In this document: one piece after another, positions 39,724 to 48,920 of the stretch | Position numbering within the stretch: position 1 is the stretch's first letter | Layout: every line of letters begins with the position of its first letter | Assembly: GCA_003551495.1 (NCBI GenBank) | Contig: PUMT01000022.1 | Coordinates: forward strand, 1-52,944 | Reading direction: 5' to 3' | DNA from: Bacteroidota bacterium | Lineage (GTDB): Bacteria; Bacteroidota; Bacteroidia; Bacteroidales; PUMT01 | DNA length: 52,944 nucleotides | The notes under the pieces: model-generated | What the model was told of the DNA's origin: nothing | Database searches by the model: none | The model's input: only the letters and a program-made list of their open reading frames with translations | Translations under genes and position numbers: made by a program

Positions 39724-42453
39724 TTATTCCATATCCTTTATTGCTGCATGTGCGGCTGCCAGTCTGGCCACCGGAACCCTGTAGGGAGAACAGCTTACAT
39801 AATCCATTCCGGCTCTGTGGCAAAACTCAACCGATGACGGCTCACCTCCATGCTCACCGCATATACCAATCTTCAGATCCTTTTTGGTTTTCCTTCCTTT
39901 TTTGACAGCCATGTCCACCAGCTGTCCCACTCCCTCCTGATCTAGCACCTGGAAGGGGTCTACTTTCAGTATTCCTTTTTCCAGGTATATATCGAGGAAT
40001 GTGCCGGCATCATCGCGTGAGTAGCCGAATGTCATCTGAGTCAGGTCATTTGTTCCGAATGAGAAGAAATCGGCTGCACCGGCGATCTTGTCGGCTGTAA
40101 GGCATGCCCTGGGCACCTCTATCATGGTCCCTACAAGATAATCGATCCTGTCATTATATGCACTGAAAACCTCTTCTGCGGTATTGCGGACTATCTCAGC
40201 CTGCAATTCCATCTCTTCGACGTTTCCAGTCAGCGGAATCATTATTTCAGGTACCGCCGTTATATTTTTCTTCTTCAGGTTAAGAGCAGCCTCTATTATT
40301 GCCCTTGACTGCATTTCGGTAATTTCAGGGTAGGTATTGCCAAGACGGCATCCCCTGTGCCCGAGCATAGGGTTGAACTCATGAAGCGAATCAACCTTTG
40401 CCTTTACCTCTTCAGCCGAAATTCCCATGTCCTTTGCCATCTCTTCCTGGTTCTTTTTTTCGTGGGGAACAAACTCATGCAGGGGCGGATCAAGCAATCT
40501 TACAGTTACGGGCAAGTCCTGCATCGCCTCAAAGATACCTTCGAAATCTGACCTCTGGACAGGCAACAGCTTTTCAAGGGCTTTTCTGCGCCCGCTTTCA
40601 TCATCTGCAAGTATCATCTGGCGCATCAACCTGATACGGTCGCCTTCGAAAAACATATGCTCTGTACGGCAAAGTCCTATTCCCCCTGCACCGAATTTTC
40701 TTGCAACCTTCGAATCGTGAGGTGAATCGGCGTTTGTGCGTACATACATCCTTGTATATTTGTCAGTCAGCTCCATCAGCTCCCCAAAACTTCCTGTAAG
40801 CTCCGGATTGATGGTCGGAATTTTTCCTTCGTAAACATTTCCGGTTGTACCATTCAGCGAAAGCCAGTCTCCTTCGCTGTAAACCTTACCGTCAACGGAA
40901 ACAGTCTTTTCCCTGTAGTTTACCTTCAGCTTGCCTGCTCCTGAAACACAGCATTTGCCCATACCCCTTGCAACTACAGCTGCATGGGATGTCATTCCCC
41001 CGCGGGCTGTAAGGATGCCTTTTGCAAGATTCATCCCCTTGAGATCTTCGGGAGATGTTTCCACACGTACCAGCAACACTTCCTTGCCTTTGGCATGCCA
41101 CTCCTCCGCATCATCAGCAAAAAACACTATTTGTCCGGTTGCAGCACCAGGAGATGCAGGCAATCCCTTTGCAATCACTTCCGATTTCTCCATTTCACCC
41201 TTGTCAAATACCGGATGCAAAAGCTCATCAAGTCTTGCAGGAGTACAACGCAATACAGCAGTGGGTTCATCAATCAGTCCTTCATGAAGCATATCCATTG
41301 CAATCTTTACCATTGCAGCACCCGTACGTTTCCCGTTCCTGGTCTGCAGCATCCAGAGTTTCCCCTCCTGTATGGTGAACTCTATATCCTGCATATCCTT
41401 GTAATGTATTTCCAGCTTTTCCTGTATTTCAAAAAGCTCCTTGTATAGTTCAGGCATGCACTCTTCAAGGGAAGGATAGCTGTTTTTCCTGGTCTCTTCA
41501 TCAACTGCCGCAAGCTTAGCCCAGCGAACAGAACCTTCCTTTGTGATCTGCTGGGGAGTTCTTGTACCTGCTACAACATCCTCACCCTGCGCATCAATCA
41601 GGTATTCACCGTTGAATATCTTTTCGCCGGTTGCAGCATCACGTGTAAAAGCCACGCCGGTAGCAGAATTCTGTCCCATATTACCGTAAACCATCGCCTG
41701 CACATTAACCGCTGTTCCCCATTCCTCAGGGATTTTGTTAATCTTGCGGTAATATGTAGCACGGGGATTGTTCCAGCTTTCAAATACTGCAATTACCGAA
41801 CCCCATAACTGTTCATAGGGATCGGTCGGGAAATCCTTTCCGGCCTTTTCCCTTACAATCTTTTTAAATCTTGACACCAGTTCCTTGAAATCTTCTGCCT
41901 TGAGTTCGTTGTCATTTTCCACTCCCAGCTCTTCCTTGAGCTTGTCCATAGCTTCATCAAAAGGATCATGGTCTTCCTTTGACTCAGGTTTGAGACCCAT
42001 CACAACATCCCCGTACATCTGTATAAACCTCCTGTAGCTGTCCCATGCAAATCTTTCATTACCGGTTTTAGCTATCAACGCCTCAACTGTTTCATCATTC
42101 ATTCCAAGGTTCAGCACTGTGTCCATCATCCCCGGCATAGAAGCCTTTGCACCTGAGCGGACTGAAAGAAGGCAAGGGTTGTCTTTGCTGGTAAAACCAG
42201 CTCCCATAATATCTTCTACGTATTTTACTGCCTTTTCAACTTCATCCCTGATCAATTCGATGGTTTTCTCCCTGCCCTGTTTGTTGTACATAATACAAGC
42301 TTCAGTTGTAATTGTAAAGCCGGGGGGAACAGGAATGCCTATCAGGTTCATTTCTGCAAGATTTGCCCCTTTTCCGCCAAGAAGATCTTTCATTTCTGCA
42401 TTACCCTCAGCCTGTCTGTTACCAAAGGTATATACATATTTAACATTCGCCAT
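39724..42453 (-). CDS. ppdK: Pyruvate, phosphate dikinase
   Basis: LLGGKGANLAEM, SVRSGA..SMPGMMDT, GGMTSHAAVVAR (phospho-His), GLCRTEHMF, FSFGTNDLTQ, ICGEHGG. Confidence 0.98.
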   Translation of the reverse strand: MANVKYVYTFGNRQAEGNAEMKDLLGGKGANLAEMNLIGIPVPPGFTITTEACIMYNKQGREKTIELIRDEVEKAVKYVEDIMGAGFTSKDNPCLLSVRSGAKASMPGMMDTVLNLGMNDETVEALIAKTGNERFAWDSYRRFIQMYGDVVMGLKPESKEDHDPFDEAMDKLKEELGVENDNELKAEDFKELVSRFKKIVREKAGKDFPTDPYEQLWGSVIAVFESWNNPRATYYRKINKIPEEWGTAVNVQAMVYGNMGQNSATGVAFTRDAATGEKIFNGEYLIDAQGEDVVAGTRTPQQITKEGSVRWAKLAAVDEETRKNSYPSLEECMPELYKELFEIQEKLEIHYKDMQDIEFTIQEGKLWMLQTRNGKRTGAAMVKIAMDMLHEGLIDEPTAVLRCTPARLDELLHPVFDKGEMEKSEVIAKGLPASPGAATGQIVFFADDAEEWHAKGKEVLLVRVETSPEDLKGMNLAKGILTARGGMTSHAAVVARGMGKCCVSGAGKLKVNYREKTVSVDGKVYSEGDWLSLNGTTGNVYEGKIPTINPELTGSFGELMELTDKYTRMYVRTNADSPHDSKVARKFGAGGIGLCRTEHMFFEGDRIRLMRQMILADDESGRRKALEKLLPVQRSDFEGIFEAMQDLPVTVRLLDPPLHEFVPHEKKNQEEMAKDMGISAEEVKAKVDSLHEFNPMLGHRGCRLGNTYPEITEMQSRAIIEAALNLKKKNITAVPEIMIPLTGNVEEMELQAEIVRNTAEEVFSAYNDRIDYLVGTMIEVPRACLTADKIAGAADFFSFGTNDLTQMTFGYSRDDAGTFLDIYLEKGILKVDPFQVLDQEGVGQLVDMAVKKGRKTKKDLKIGICGEHGGEPSSVEFCHRAGMDYVSCSPYRVPVARLAAAHAAIKDME

Positions 42454-42676
42454 ATTTGTTATATTTTAATTGATTAAAAATAAATTGCAAAATCAAACCA
42501 CAGAAGTCTGGAAAAATTCTCCCAAAATTAAGAAAAAAAAATCCAAAATCAGACAGCCGGACTGTTCATTCGTTCCGTTTAGCGGAACAGTCTAATAACC
42601 ACATGGTAAACGGCTATTCTCAAAGGGCAAATGGTTTTTCTGAAAAAGAGCCGCCACTTCTTTTACCGGACGATTG

Positions 42677-44008
42677 TCATCGGGCACGATGTCTCAGGAG
42701 ATGTCTGAGAGGACTTACCATTCTTTGGAGCAGGCTCAGATCATCGGTTGATATTTCGGCTGTTCCTGTAAGTTCACGTATTACATCTATTTCATAGCCA
42801 TAGGATGTAACCGGACCATTGGTAAGATCCAGAACAGCCGGGAATCCCGTTTCAAGCGGGCCGCTGGAAATAGAGTGAACCCTTGCTTCAATCATCCCGA
42901 ATTCCATATATGGATAGCCGTCCAGTTTTATATTGACAATTTGTCCGGGTCTTACCTTCCCTGCCCCCCTGTGCGGCAATATAAGTCGCGCATGAAGCTC
43001 CCCCTTATCTTCCGGCACAACTGAAAAAACGGGGTCGCCTTCCCTCACTTCCTGCAGGACACTCCAGATCATTACATAATTCAGTATCCCGTCAGTTGAA
43101 GAAACAACAAGATATCTTTTTTCCCATGCAGAAACTGAGCTTTCAAGTTGCCTGAGGGCATTTACAAGACCGGTTACCAGATCCTGTCTCCTCTGCTCCT
43201 CCTCCATCCTTGTATCGGTAATGGAGTGTCTCAGTCTTGCAATAGTTACTGCTGTATTTGAAAGTGAGAGCCTTGCCGATTCAACAGCCTGCTCTTTTTC
43301 CAGAAGTGAAGAGCGTGCTTTTTCGAAGTCAGATGTAGATATAACACCCGTAGAATAAAGTAATGAGTCTCTTCTGAACTGGCTCCTGGTAAGCTCAAGA
43401 TCGGTCAGTGCCAGATTTTCCTGTGATTCAAGTACCCTGAAATACTGTTCATACTCCTTCAGTTCTTCTTCAAGAGCATTGATCTTCCTTTTGTAAAAAT
43501 CCTGTGATTCAAAAATATTGAAATCATTTACAGTTTTAACGAGTTGGTTATAGTAAGGCTGAATCTCGCCAAGTACAAGGTCGCGCGGAAAAGTGAACCC
43601 TTTAAAATACTGTTCCGGACTGCCGTTGTTATTAACTTCCTTCAGAATATCAAGTAACCTGAATACATCCCTGTGGCGTGCAGGATTTTCGATAACAGCC
43701 AAAGTATCGGAATACTTAACAAAATCCCCGTCTTTCCTGAAAATAGTTGTAAGCCTTCCTGTTGAGCGGGCTGTAATAACTGACGGAGGATTTTCAGTGG
43801 TAATAATGACCGGGGCGGTTACAATATCTGGATAACTGAAAACTCCGCTACCGGCAAGTATAATAACCACAACTGCAAACATCACTCCGATACCCGACCT
43901 TACAAGCCAGCCGGGTGGAGTTCCCATTATATCCTGTACCTCTTCCGACCGGATCGATATCTTTTCAGCTTTCCTTTTCAGGCTTTCATCATCAGTTTGC
44001 CTTTCCAT
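42677..44008 (-). CDS. HlyD-family type I secretion adaptor
   Basis: RSEEVQDIMGTPPGWLVRSG, single TM, long coiled coil, GAGKVRPGQ.V.IKLDGYPYMEFG; adjacent to the PCAT. Confidence 0.92.
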   Translation of the reverse strand: MERQTDDESLKRKAEKISIRSEEVQDIMGTPPGWLVRSGIGVMFAVVVIILAGSGVFSYPDIVTAPVIITTENPPSVITARSTGRLTTIFRKDGDFVKYSDTLAVIENPARHRDVFRLLDILKEVNNNGSPEQYFKGFTFPRDLVLGEIQPYYNQLVKTVNDFNIFESQDFYKRKINALEEELKEYEQYFRVLESQENLALTDLELTRSQFRRDSLLYSTGVISTSDFEKARSSLLEKEQAVESARLSLSNTAVTIARLRHSITDTRMEEEQRRQDLVTGLVNALRQLESSVSAWEKRYLVVSSTDGILNYVMIWSVLQEVREGDPVFSVVPEDKGELHARLILPHRGAGKVRPGQIVNIKLDGYPYMEFGMIEARVHSISSGPLETGFPAVLDLTNGPVTSYGYEIDVIRELTGTAEISTDDLSLLQRMVSPLRHLLRHRAR

Positions 44009-44042
44009 CAGCCGTTACAAATTTCAGGTTATAAATAGTTTA

Positions 44043-46235
44043 TCACAGTTCAAGCTGGTTCTTTACCAGTGTATAGTATGCTCCCTTTTTACGGGCAAGT
44101 TCTTCATGTGTGCCGGTTTCTGCAATTTCACCTTTTTCAAGTACAATAATGCGGTCGGCATCTTTGACGGTGCTGAGCCTGTGCGCAACAACAACTACTG
44201 TTTTCCCCCTGAAAAATTCATTGAGGTTTTCCATAATTATCTTCTCATTATTTGCATCAAGGGCATTTGTCGCTTCATCAAAAAAGATGTATGCCGGATC
44301 CTTATAAACGGCTCTGGCGATCAGAAGCCTTTGTTTCTGCCCTTCACTCAGTCCATGTCCTTCACTGCCGATTTTGGTGTTGTACCCCAGGGGAAGTTCT
44401 TCAATAAAATCGGATATATTTGCCGTTTTTGCAGCATTGAGCAGCCTCACCTTGTCTATTCTCTCTTCGCCTGGAGCTATGTTGTTTGCAATGGTGTCGG
44501 AGAAAATGTAGCCGTCCTGCATAACAACCCCGCAATTCTTTCGCCACATACGTACACTGTAAACATCCAGTCTGCTGCTGCCCAGCCTTATCTCTCCTTT
44601 CGCAGGTGGATAGAACCCAAGAAGGAGCCGGATAAGGGTGGTTTTACCGCTACCGGATGTTCCAACAATAGCAGTCTTTTTGCCCCCTTCCAGACCGAAT
44701 GATATATTTTTCAGTACCATCTCTGATTCAGGGCCTTCATACTGAAAAGAGACCGATTCGCCCTCCAGGGATGTCTTAGCGGGGATCTCGTGTGCCTTAG
44801 CCTCACCTGAATCCTCTTCATCCGGACGGTTGTGAATTTCACCAAGGCGTTCCAGACTGATCTTTGCATCCTGCGTGGTATTGAAAAAGGTTATAATCTG
44901 TTCTATGGGACTGTTAAGCTGACCTATAATATACTGAACGGCCAGCATCATACCGAGTGTCATTGTACCTTCCACAACTGCAGTTGCAGCAATAACTGTA
45001 ATTACAATATTTTTCATCTCATTGAGGACAAGTGCGCCCGATTGCTGATACTGCCTCAGAGCCAGTCCTTTCACCCCAATCCTGAAAAGTCTGGCACGGA
45101 TTTGTTCCCATTCCCATCGTTTCTGTTGTTCGCATCCCTGCAGCTTTATCTCCTGCATCCCTTGTATAAGCTGGATGAGGTTACTCTGGTGGGCTGATTG
45201 TTGTGCAAACCTTTTGTAATCCAGCTCGGCCCTTTTTTTCAGGAAGATCCAGACCCATGCGGCATAAAGGATGCTTCCTGCAAAAAATATTGCAAATATC
45301 AGACGGTTATAGTACAGCAGTACCAGTCCGAACACCACAATATTAACCAGTGAAAAAAGAATTCTCAGTGTTGTCCCGGTAAGGAATGTTTCTATTCTCC
45401 TGTGATCTCCAATACGCTGCATAAGGTCACCGGTAAGCTTGGTGTCGAAAAACCTCATGGGGAGCCTCATCAGTTTAATGAGAAAATCGGAAATAAGTGA
45501 TATATTCACCCTGACCCCGATATGAAGGAGGATCCAGTTCCTTATAAAATCTACAGATGCCCTGCTTAAAGTAAGTACAAGCTGTGCGATAAGGACAAGG
45601 TAAATAAAGCTTATATTCTGGTTGCCGATACCGTAATCAACAATACTCTGGGTGAGAAAAGGGAATATAAGCTGCAGCAAGCTTGCCAGCAGAAGTCCCA
45701 GAAAAAGCTGTATCACCAGCTTCCTGTAAGGTGTAAGATATGAAAAAAGAAAAGAAAAACTTGCCTTGTTTTTCCGGTCATCCTCAGCCGCATGGAAGTC
45801 GGGTGTAGGTTCAAGAAGCAGTACCACCCCTTTCTCTTCTCCTTTTTCCTTTGTGGAAGCCCAGCACCGCATGAACTCTTCCCTGTTGAACCGTACCAGT
45901 CCACCCGCAGGATCAGCAACATGTAAAATTTCCCTGCCTTTTTTACCGGTGATCTTGTGTAAAACAACAAAATGATCCTGGTTCCAGTGAATAATTGCAG
46001 GAAGGCGTGCTTCTCCTGCGAGCTGATCAAATGTAAGTTTGACACCAAGTGTTCTGAAGCCGATACTTTCGGCGGCCTGACTAATGCCAAGCAGGCTCAC
46101 TCCTTCACGGGTAATATAACTCCTGTCTCTCAGGGTAGACAATGAATAGCGTTTACCGTAAAAAGCGGCCACCATTCTCAGGCAGGTAGGACCGCAATCC
46201 ATGGCATCTGGTTGTCTGTAATGCGGAAAAGCCAT
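44043..46235 (-). CDS. Peptidase-containing ABC transporter (C39 + TMD + NBD)
   Basis: QPDAMDCGPTCL (catalytic Cys14), HWNQDHFVV (His), ADP (Asp); Walker A GTSGSGKTT, LSEGQKQR, FFDEATNALD, VAHRLST. Confidence 0.96.
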   Translation of the reverse strand: MAFPHYRQPDAMDCGPTCLRMVAAFYGKRYSLSTLRDRSYITREGVSLLGISQAAESIGFRTLGVKLTFDQLAGEARLPAIIHWNQDHFVVLHKITGKKGREILHVADPAGGLVRFNREEFMRCWASTKEKGEEKGVVLLLEPTPDFHAAEDDRKNKASFSFLFSYLTPYRKLVIQLFLGLLLASLLQLIFPFLTQSIVDYGIGNQNISFIYLVLIAQLVLTLSRASVDFIRNWILLHIGVRVNISLISDFLIKLMRLPMRFFDTKLTGDLMQRIGDHRRIETFLTGTTLRILFSLVNIVVFGLVLLYYNRLIFAIFFAGSILYAAWVWIFLKKRAELDYKRFAQQSAHQSNLIQLIQGMQEIKLQGCEQQKRWEWEQIRARLFRIGVKGLALRQYQQSGALVLNEMKNIVITVIAATAVVEGTMTLGMMLAVQYIIGQLNSPIEQIITFFNTTQDAKISLERLGEIHNRPDEEDSGEAKAHEIPAKTSLEGESVSFQYEGPESEMVLKNISFGLEGGKKTAIVGTSGSGKTTLIRLLLGFYPPAKGEIRLGSSRLDVYSVRMWRKNCGVVMQDGYIFSDTIANNIAPGEERIDKVRLLNAAKTANISDFIEELPLGYNTKIGSEGHGLSEGQKQRLLIARAVYKDPAYIFFDEATNALDANNEKIIMENLNEFFRGKTVVVVAHRLSTVKDADRIIVLEKGEIAETGTHEELARKKGAYYTLVKNQLEL

Positions 46236-46370
46236 TTATCAGGATAATATGCTAAATAATTGACCTGCTAAATATACTCAGGTATTTTTGAAAAATCCAA
46301 TAATTAAGAAATAAAAGTGTTTTAAGTCCAATAAACTTAACGTTTATTATTTGGTCAAGGAAAGCTAAAG

Positions 46371-46466
46371 AAAAAAAAAGGCTGCCGTGCACACTTTGAT
46401 AAACTCGGGCGAGTTTTAACTGACGGAAGACAACTCATGGAAATGGCGTGTGACGGCAGCCTTTTT
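46371..46466 (-). terminator. Long hairpin with U-tract between the kinase gene and the PCAT; possible terminator or structured RNA
   Basis: aaaaaggctgccgt(g)cacac ... gtgtgacggcagccttttt enclosing about 55 nt that contains an inner aaactcg/cgagttt hairpin. Confidence 0.6.
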
Positions 46467-46492
46467 AACCAAAAAGAAAAAAAGAACTCTTG

Positions 46493-47317
46493 TTACATTG
46501 CAATATGTTTTCTGGCTGAAACACCAAGCCTGTAAAACCTTTCTATTAAAGTACCATTTGTTTTCAGGGGCAGGGAAAAATAGAGTGCTGAACCGTTATA
46601 ACTTTCCGATTCGGTCCAGAACCTGCCGTTCATTATCTCAACAATACTTCTGGCAATTGTCAGCGGCAAGCCTCCGCTTTCAGGGTGGCATGAATATTCT
46701 CCCCCACCGTTGTATGATTTTGTTTCCCCGTTCATTTCACATCTTTTCCCTGAATACCTTACAAAGAAGCGCATAGTGCCGCCATCTTTGCCAAACCCGA
46801 ATTTAACATATCCTTCGGGAGTATTTCTTACAGCACATTCTATAAGATTCCGCATTGCGGATTTAAGCCGGTTTTTGTCAGTTATCACATTTGAGAGGTT
46901 TACATTCCCCCTGCATGGAATAAGGTTGAGCTTTTTGGATTCAACTGCTTCGCAATTTTTATATTCAATGTATAGTTCATCCACCATTGAATTCAGGCAA
47001 AGCTTATCCTTTTCAAGTTTCACCTTGCCCGATTGCAGCAATGTGAGGTCAACCATATTGTCAATAAGCCTGAGTAACAATTCGCTGTTTTCATTGATGT
47101 GGCGGACAAACTCCTTTTTATCCTCCGCACCCAGCTCATCGTCTGCAAGCAGATTTGCAAACCCCACTATGGCATTCATAGGAGTTCTGAGTTCATGTGA
47201 CACATTTGACAAAAAAAGCGTCCTGATAGAGTCAAACTGCCTGTTTTTCCGCTCAAGATCCTCCTTCAGCTCCCTTATTGCCGACAACAACTTTCTATTT
47301 TCATTGAAATAACCCAT
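46493..47317 (-). CDS. Sensorless histidine kinase-like protein with degenerate HATPase domain
   Basis: Intact H-box FLSNVSHELRTPMNAIVGF; N-box reads NLIECAVRNT, G1 reads YSGKR, G2 reads SGGLPL. Confidence 0.85.
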   Translation of the reverse strand: MGYFNENRKLLSAIRELKEDLERKNRQFDSIRTLFLSNVSHELRTPMNAIVGFANLLADDELGAEDKKEFVRHINENSELLLRLIDNMVDLTLLQSGKVKLEKDKLCLNSMVDELYIEYKNCEAVESKKLNLIPCRGNVNLSNVITDKNRLKSAMRNLIECAVRNTPEGYVKFGFGKDGGTMRFFVRYSGKRCEMNGETKSYNGGGEYSCHPESGGLPLTIARSIVEIMNGRFWTESESYNGSALYFSLPLKTNGTLIERFYRLGVSARKHIAM

Positions 47318-47366
47318 AACTGGCTTTTTTTAATCTGGCCCGTTGCCAGCGGACCTTACAACAGCT

Positions 47367-48125
47367 TTAGAGAGATTCCAGGATAGAGGCGGCCCTGTTG
47401 CTGTAATACCCATCACCGTCTTTTATCCGTGTGAAATACTCCCTTGCCTTTTCGTTTTCTTCAAGTTTAACATAGCAAAGCCCTTTATACCACTCTGCAT
47501 TCTCGACAAAGAGATTGTCCCCGTGTTCAACAACATCTTCAAGTGATCCAAGTGCTTTGGCAAACTGACCGGTTTCCATATATGAAATCCCGGCATAGAA
47601 TTTTGAGGCAATGTTGTCCGGATCGTTTTCGAGCACCTCTTCAAACAATACAATTGCCGACCCGAATTCCCTGTTCTCGTATTGGAGCATGGCATTTACC
47701 ATCAATTCATCCAGTTCTGTATCACCTGAACGAACATTCATAACTCCGTCATATGTTTCATAATGCATTGAAAACAGGTCTTCTGCAGCAGGCTGGTTGC
47801 CGTAAAAATAAACTGCAGATGCAACTGCAATAAGCACCGCAACAAGCGATGCAGCAGCATACTTGATCATACCTTGGGAATAAACCCTTTCCGGTTTCTT
47901 CTTCAGTGTCCGTCGGTCACTGTCAAACAGCCTGTTCATCTGGTCGCGCAAAGCCATCACATCATCATCGAGTATTGCTTCGCTGACTTCCTGCTGCAAC
48001 CTGACCTCTTCGGAAAGACGTGGGTTTACTTCCATCTCGCCTCTGAACCACTGAAGCTCTTCTCCTTCCATTTCACCATTCAGGAATTTATCAATAAATG
48101 CCTGATAATTAAGTTCTTTTTTCAT
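47367..48125 (-). CDS. Single-pass membrane TPR protein with anti-sigma-like N-terminus
   Basis: IDKFLNGEMEGEELQWF...NPRLSEEV (zinc-less anti-sigma-domain pattern), TM YAAASLVAVLIAVASAVYFY, C-terminal TPRs (FYAGISY, AEWYKGLCY). Confidence 0.8.
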   Translation of the reverse strand: MKKELNYQAFIDKFLNGEMEGEELQWFRGEMEVNPRLSEEVRLQQEVSEAILDDDVMALRDQMNRLFDSDRRTLKKKPERVYSQGMIKYAAASLVAVLIAVASAVYFYGNQPAAEDLFSMHYETYDGVMNVRSGDTELDELMVNAMLQYENREFGSAIVLFEEVLENDPDNIASKFYAGISYMETGQFAKALGSLEDVVEHGDNLFVENAEWYKGLCYVKLEENEKAREYFTRIKDGDGYYSNRAASILESL

Positions 48126-48284
48126 TTTTGGTTGGTTTTTTTATTATAAAACATGCTAACCTGTTAAAATTTTTCAGCCTTTCAGCTTTCCTTTTTTATG
48201 CAATATTTCGCAGGATGTTTCATTCGCAAATCATTTTTTTTCTTTAGCAGACTGCCGGGTCCTCCAGGCAAGTCAACGTATGTT

Positions 48285-48494
48285 TCAATCGGGCAGCAAC
48301 ATCTGGCTCGGCCTTACATAGATCCATCTTCTGGGCTCCTCCTGTTTCTTTTCATCTTCCTCTTTTTTTTCCTCTTCTGCCTTTTTTTCCTCACCACTAT
48401 CCGTGCCGCTTGTACGTCCGCCACGTATTCTGGAAAGAGCCGCACTGTCCAGTACATTCTCTTCCAACTTTAAAAAACCTTCAATTGTTTTCAT
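48285..48494 (-). CDS. Double-glycine-leader precursor peptide 1 (26-aa leader, 43-aa core)
   Basis: Leader ...EENVLDSAALSRIRGG has L(-12), L(-7), I(-4), GG; A-rich translation initiation region; same strand as the PCAT. Confidence 0.8.
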   Translation of the reverse strand: MKTIEGFLKLEENVLDSAALSRIRGGRTSGTDSGEEKKAEEEKKEEDEKKQEEPRRWIYVRPSQMLLPD

Positions 48495-48920
48495 GGCGAA
48501 AATATTTTAGTTATTATTAAAACCGTATTTGCCGGTAACTGCAGCAAAGCCCTGTTTCAGTCCGGCACACATAGCCGCAACACGCTGATACGGATGCGGC
48601 AATCATATATGGTTTTTGAATCACTCATCTTCTGCCTTTTGCTGCAGCAAACTTCACAAATAGTGAAGATGCGTTTGCAGCTTTAAAAAACTTCAGCTTT
48701 CAACTTTGTCCCATTTTGGGCATTCCCCTGGCTGAAGGTCATTCAGTAAACCGGTGATCTATCCTCTTCATAATGCAACATTTGGCACTTGCATCAATAT
48801 TCCATCTCTTTTACCGGTTTCCTGCCGCCGTACCTTCATACGGCGGGGTTTTCCTGCCCGGGCCCTGTAATTATTACTTCAAGACACCCGGATTATATTT
48901 TAGTCTATACTGCTTATTTC

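Noticed and set aside
48683-48805. A third GG-leader peptide in the spacer
   Set aside because: The minus-strand ATG-initiated frames I read there are under 20 codons and lack the LxxxxLxxhRGG motif.
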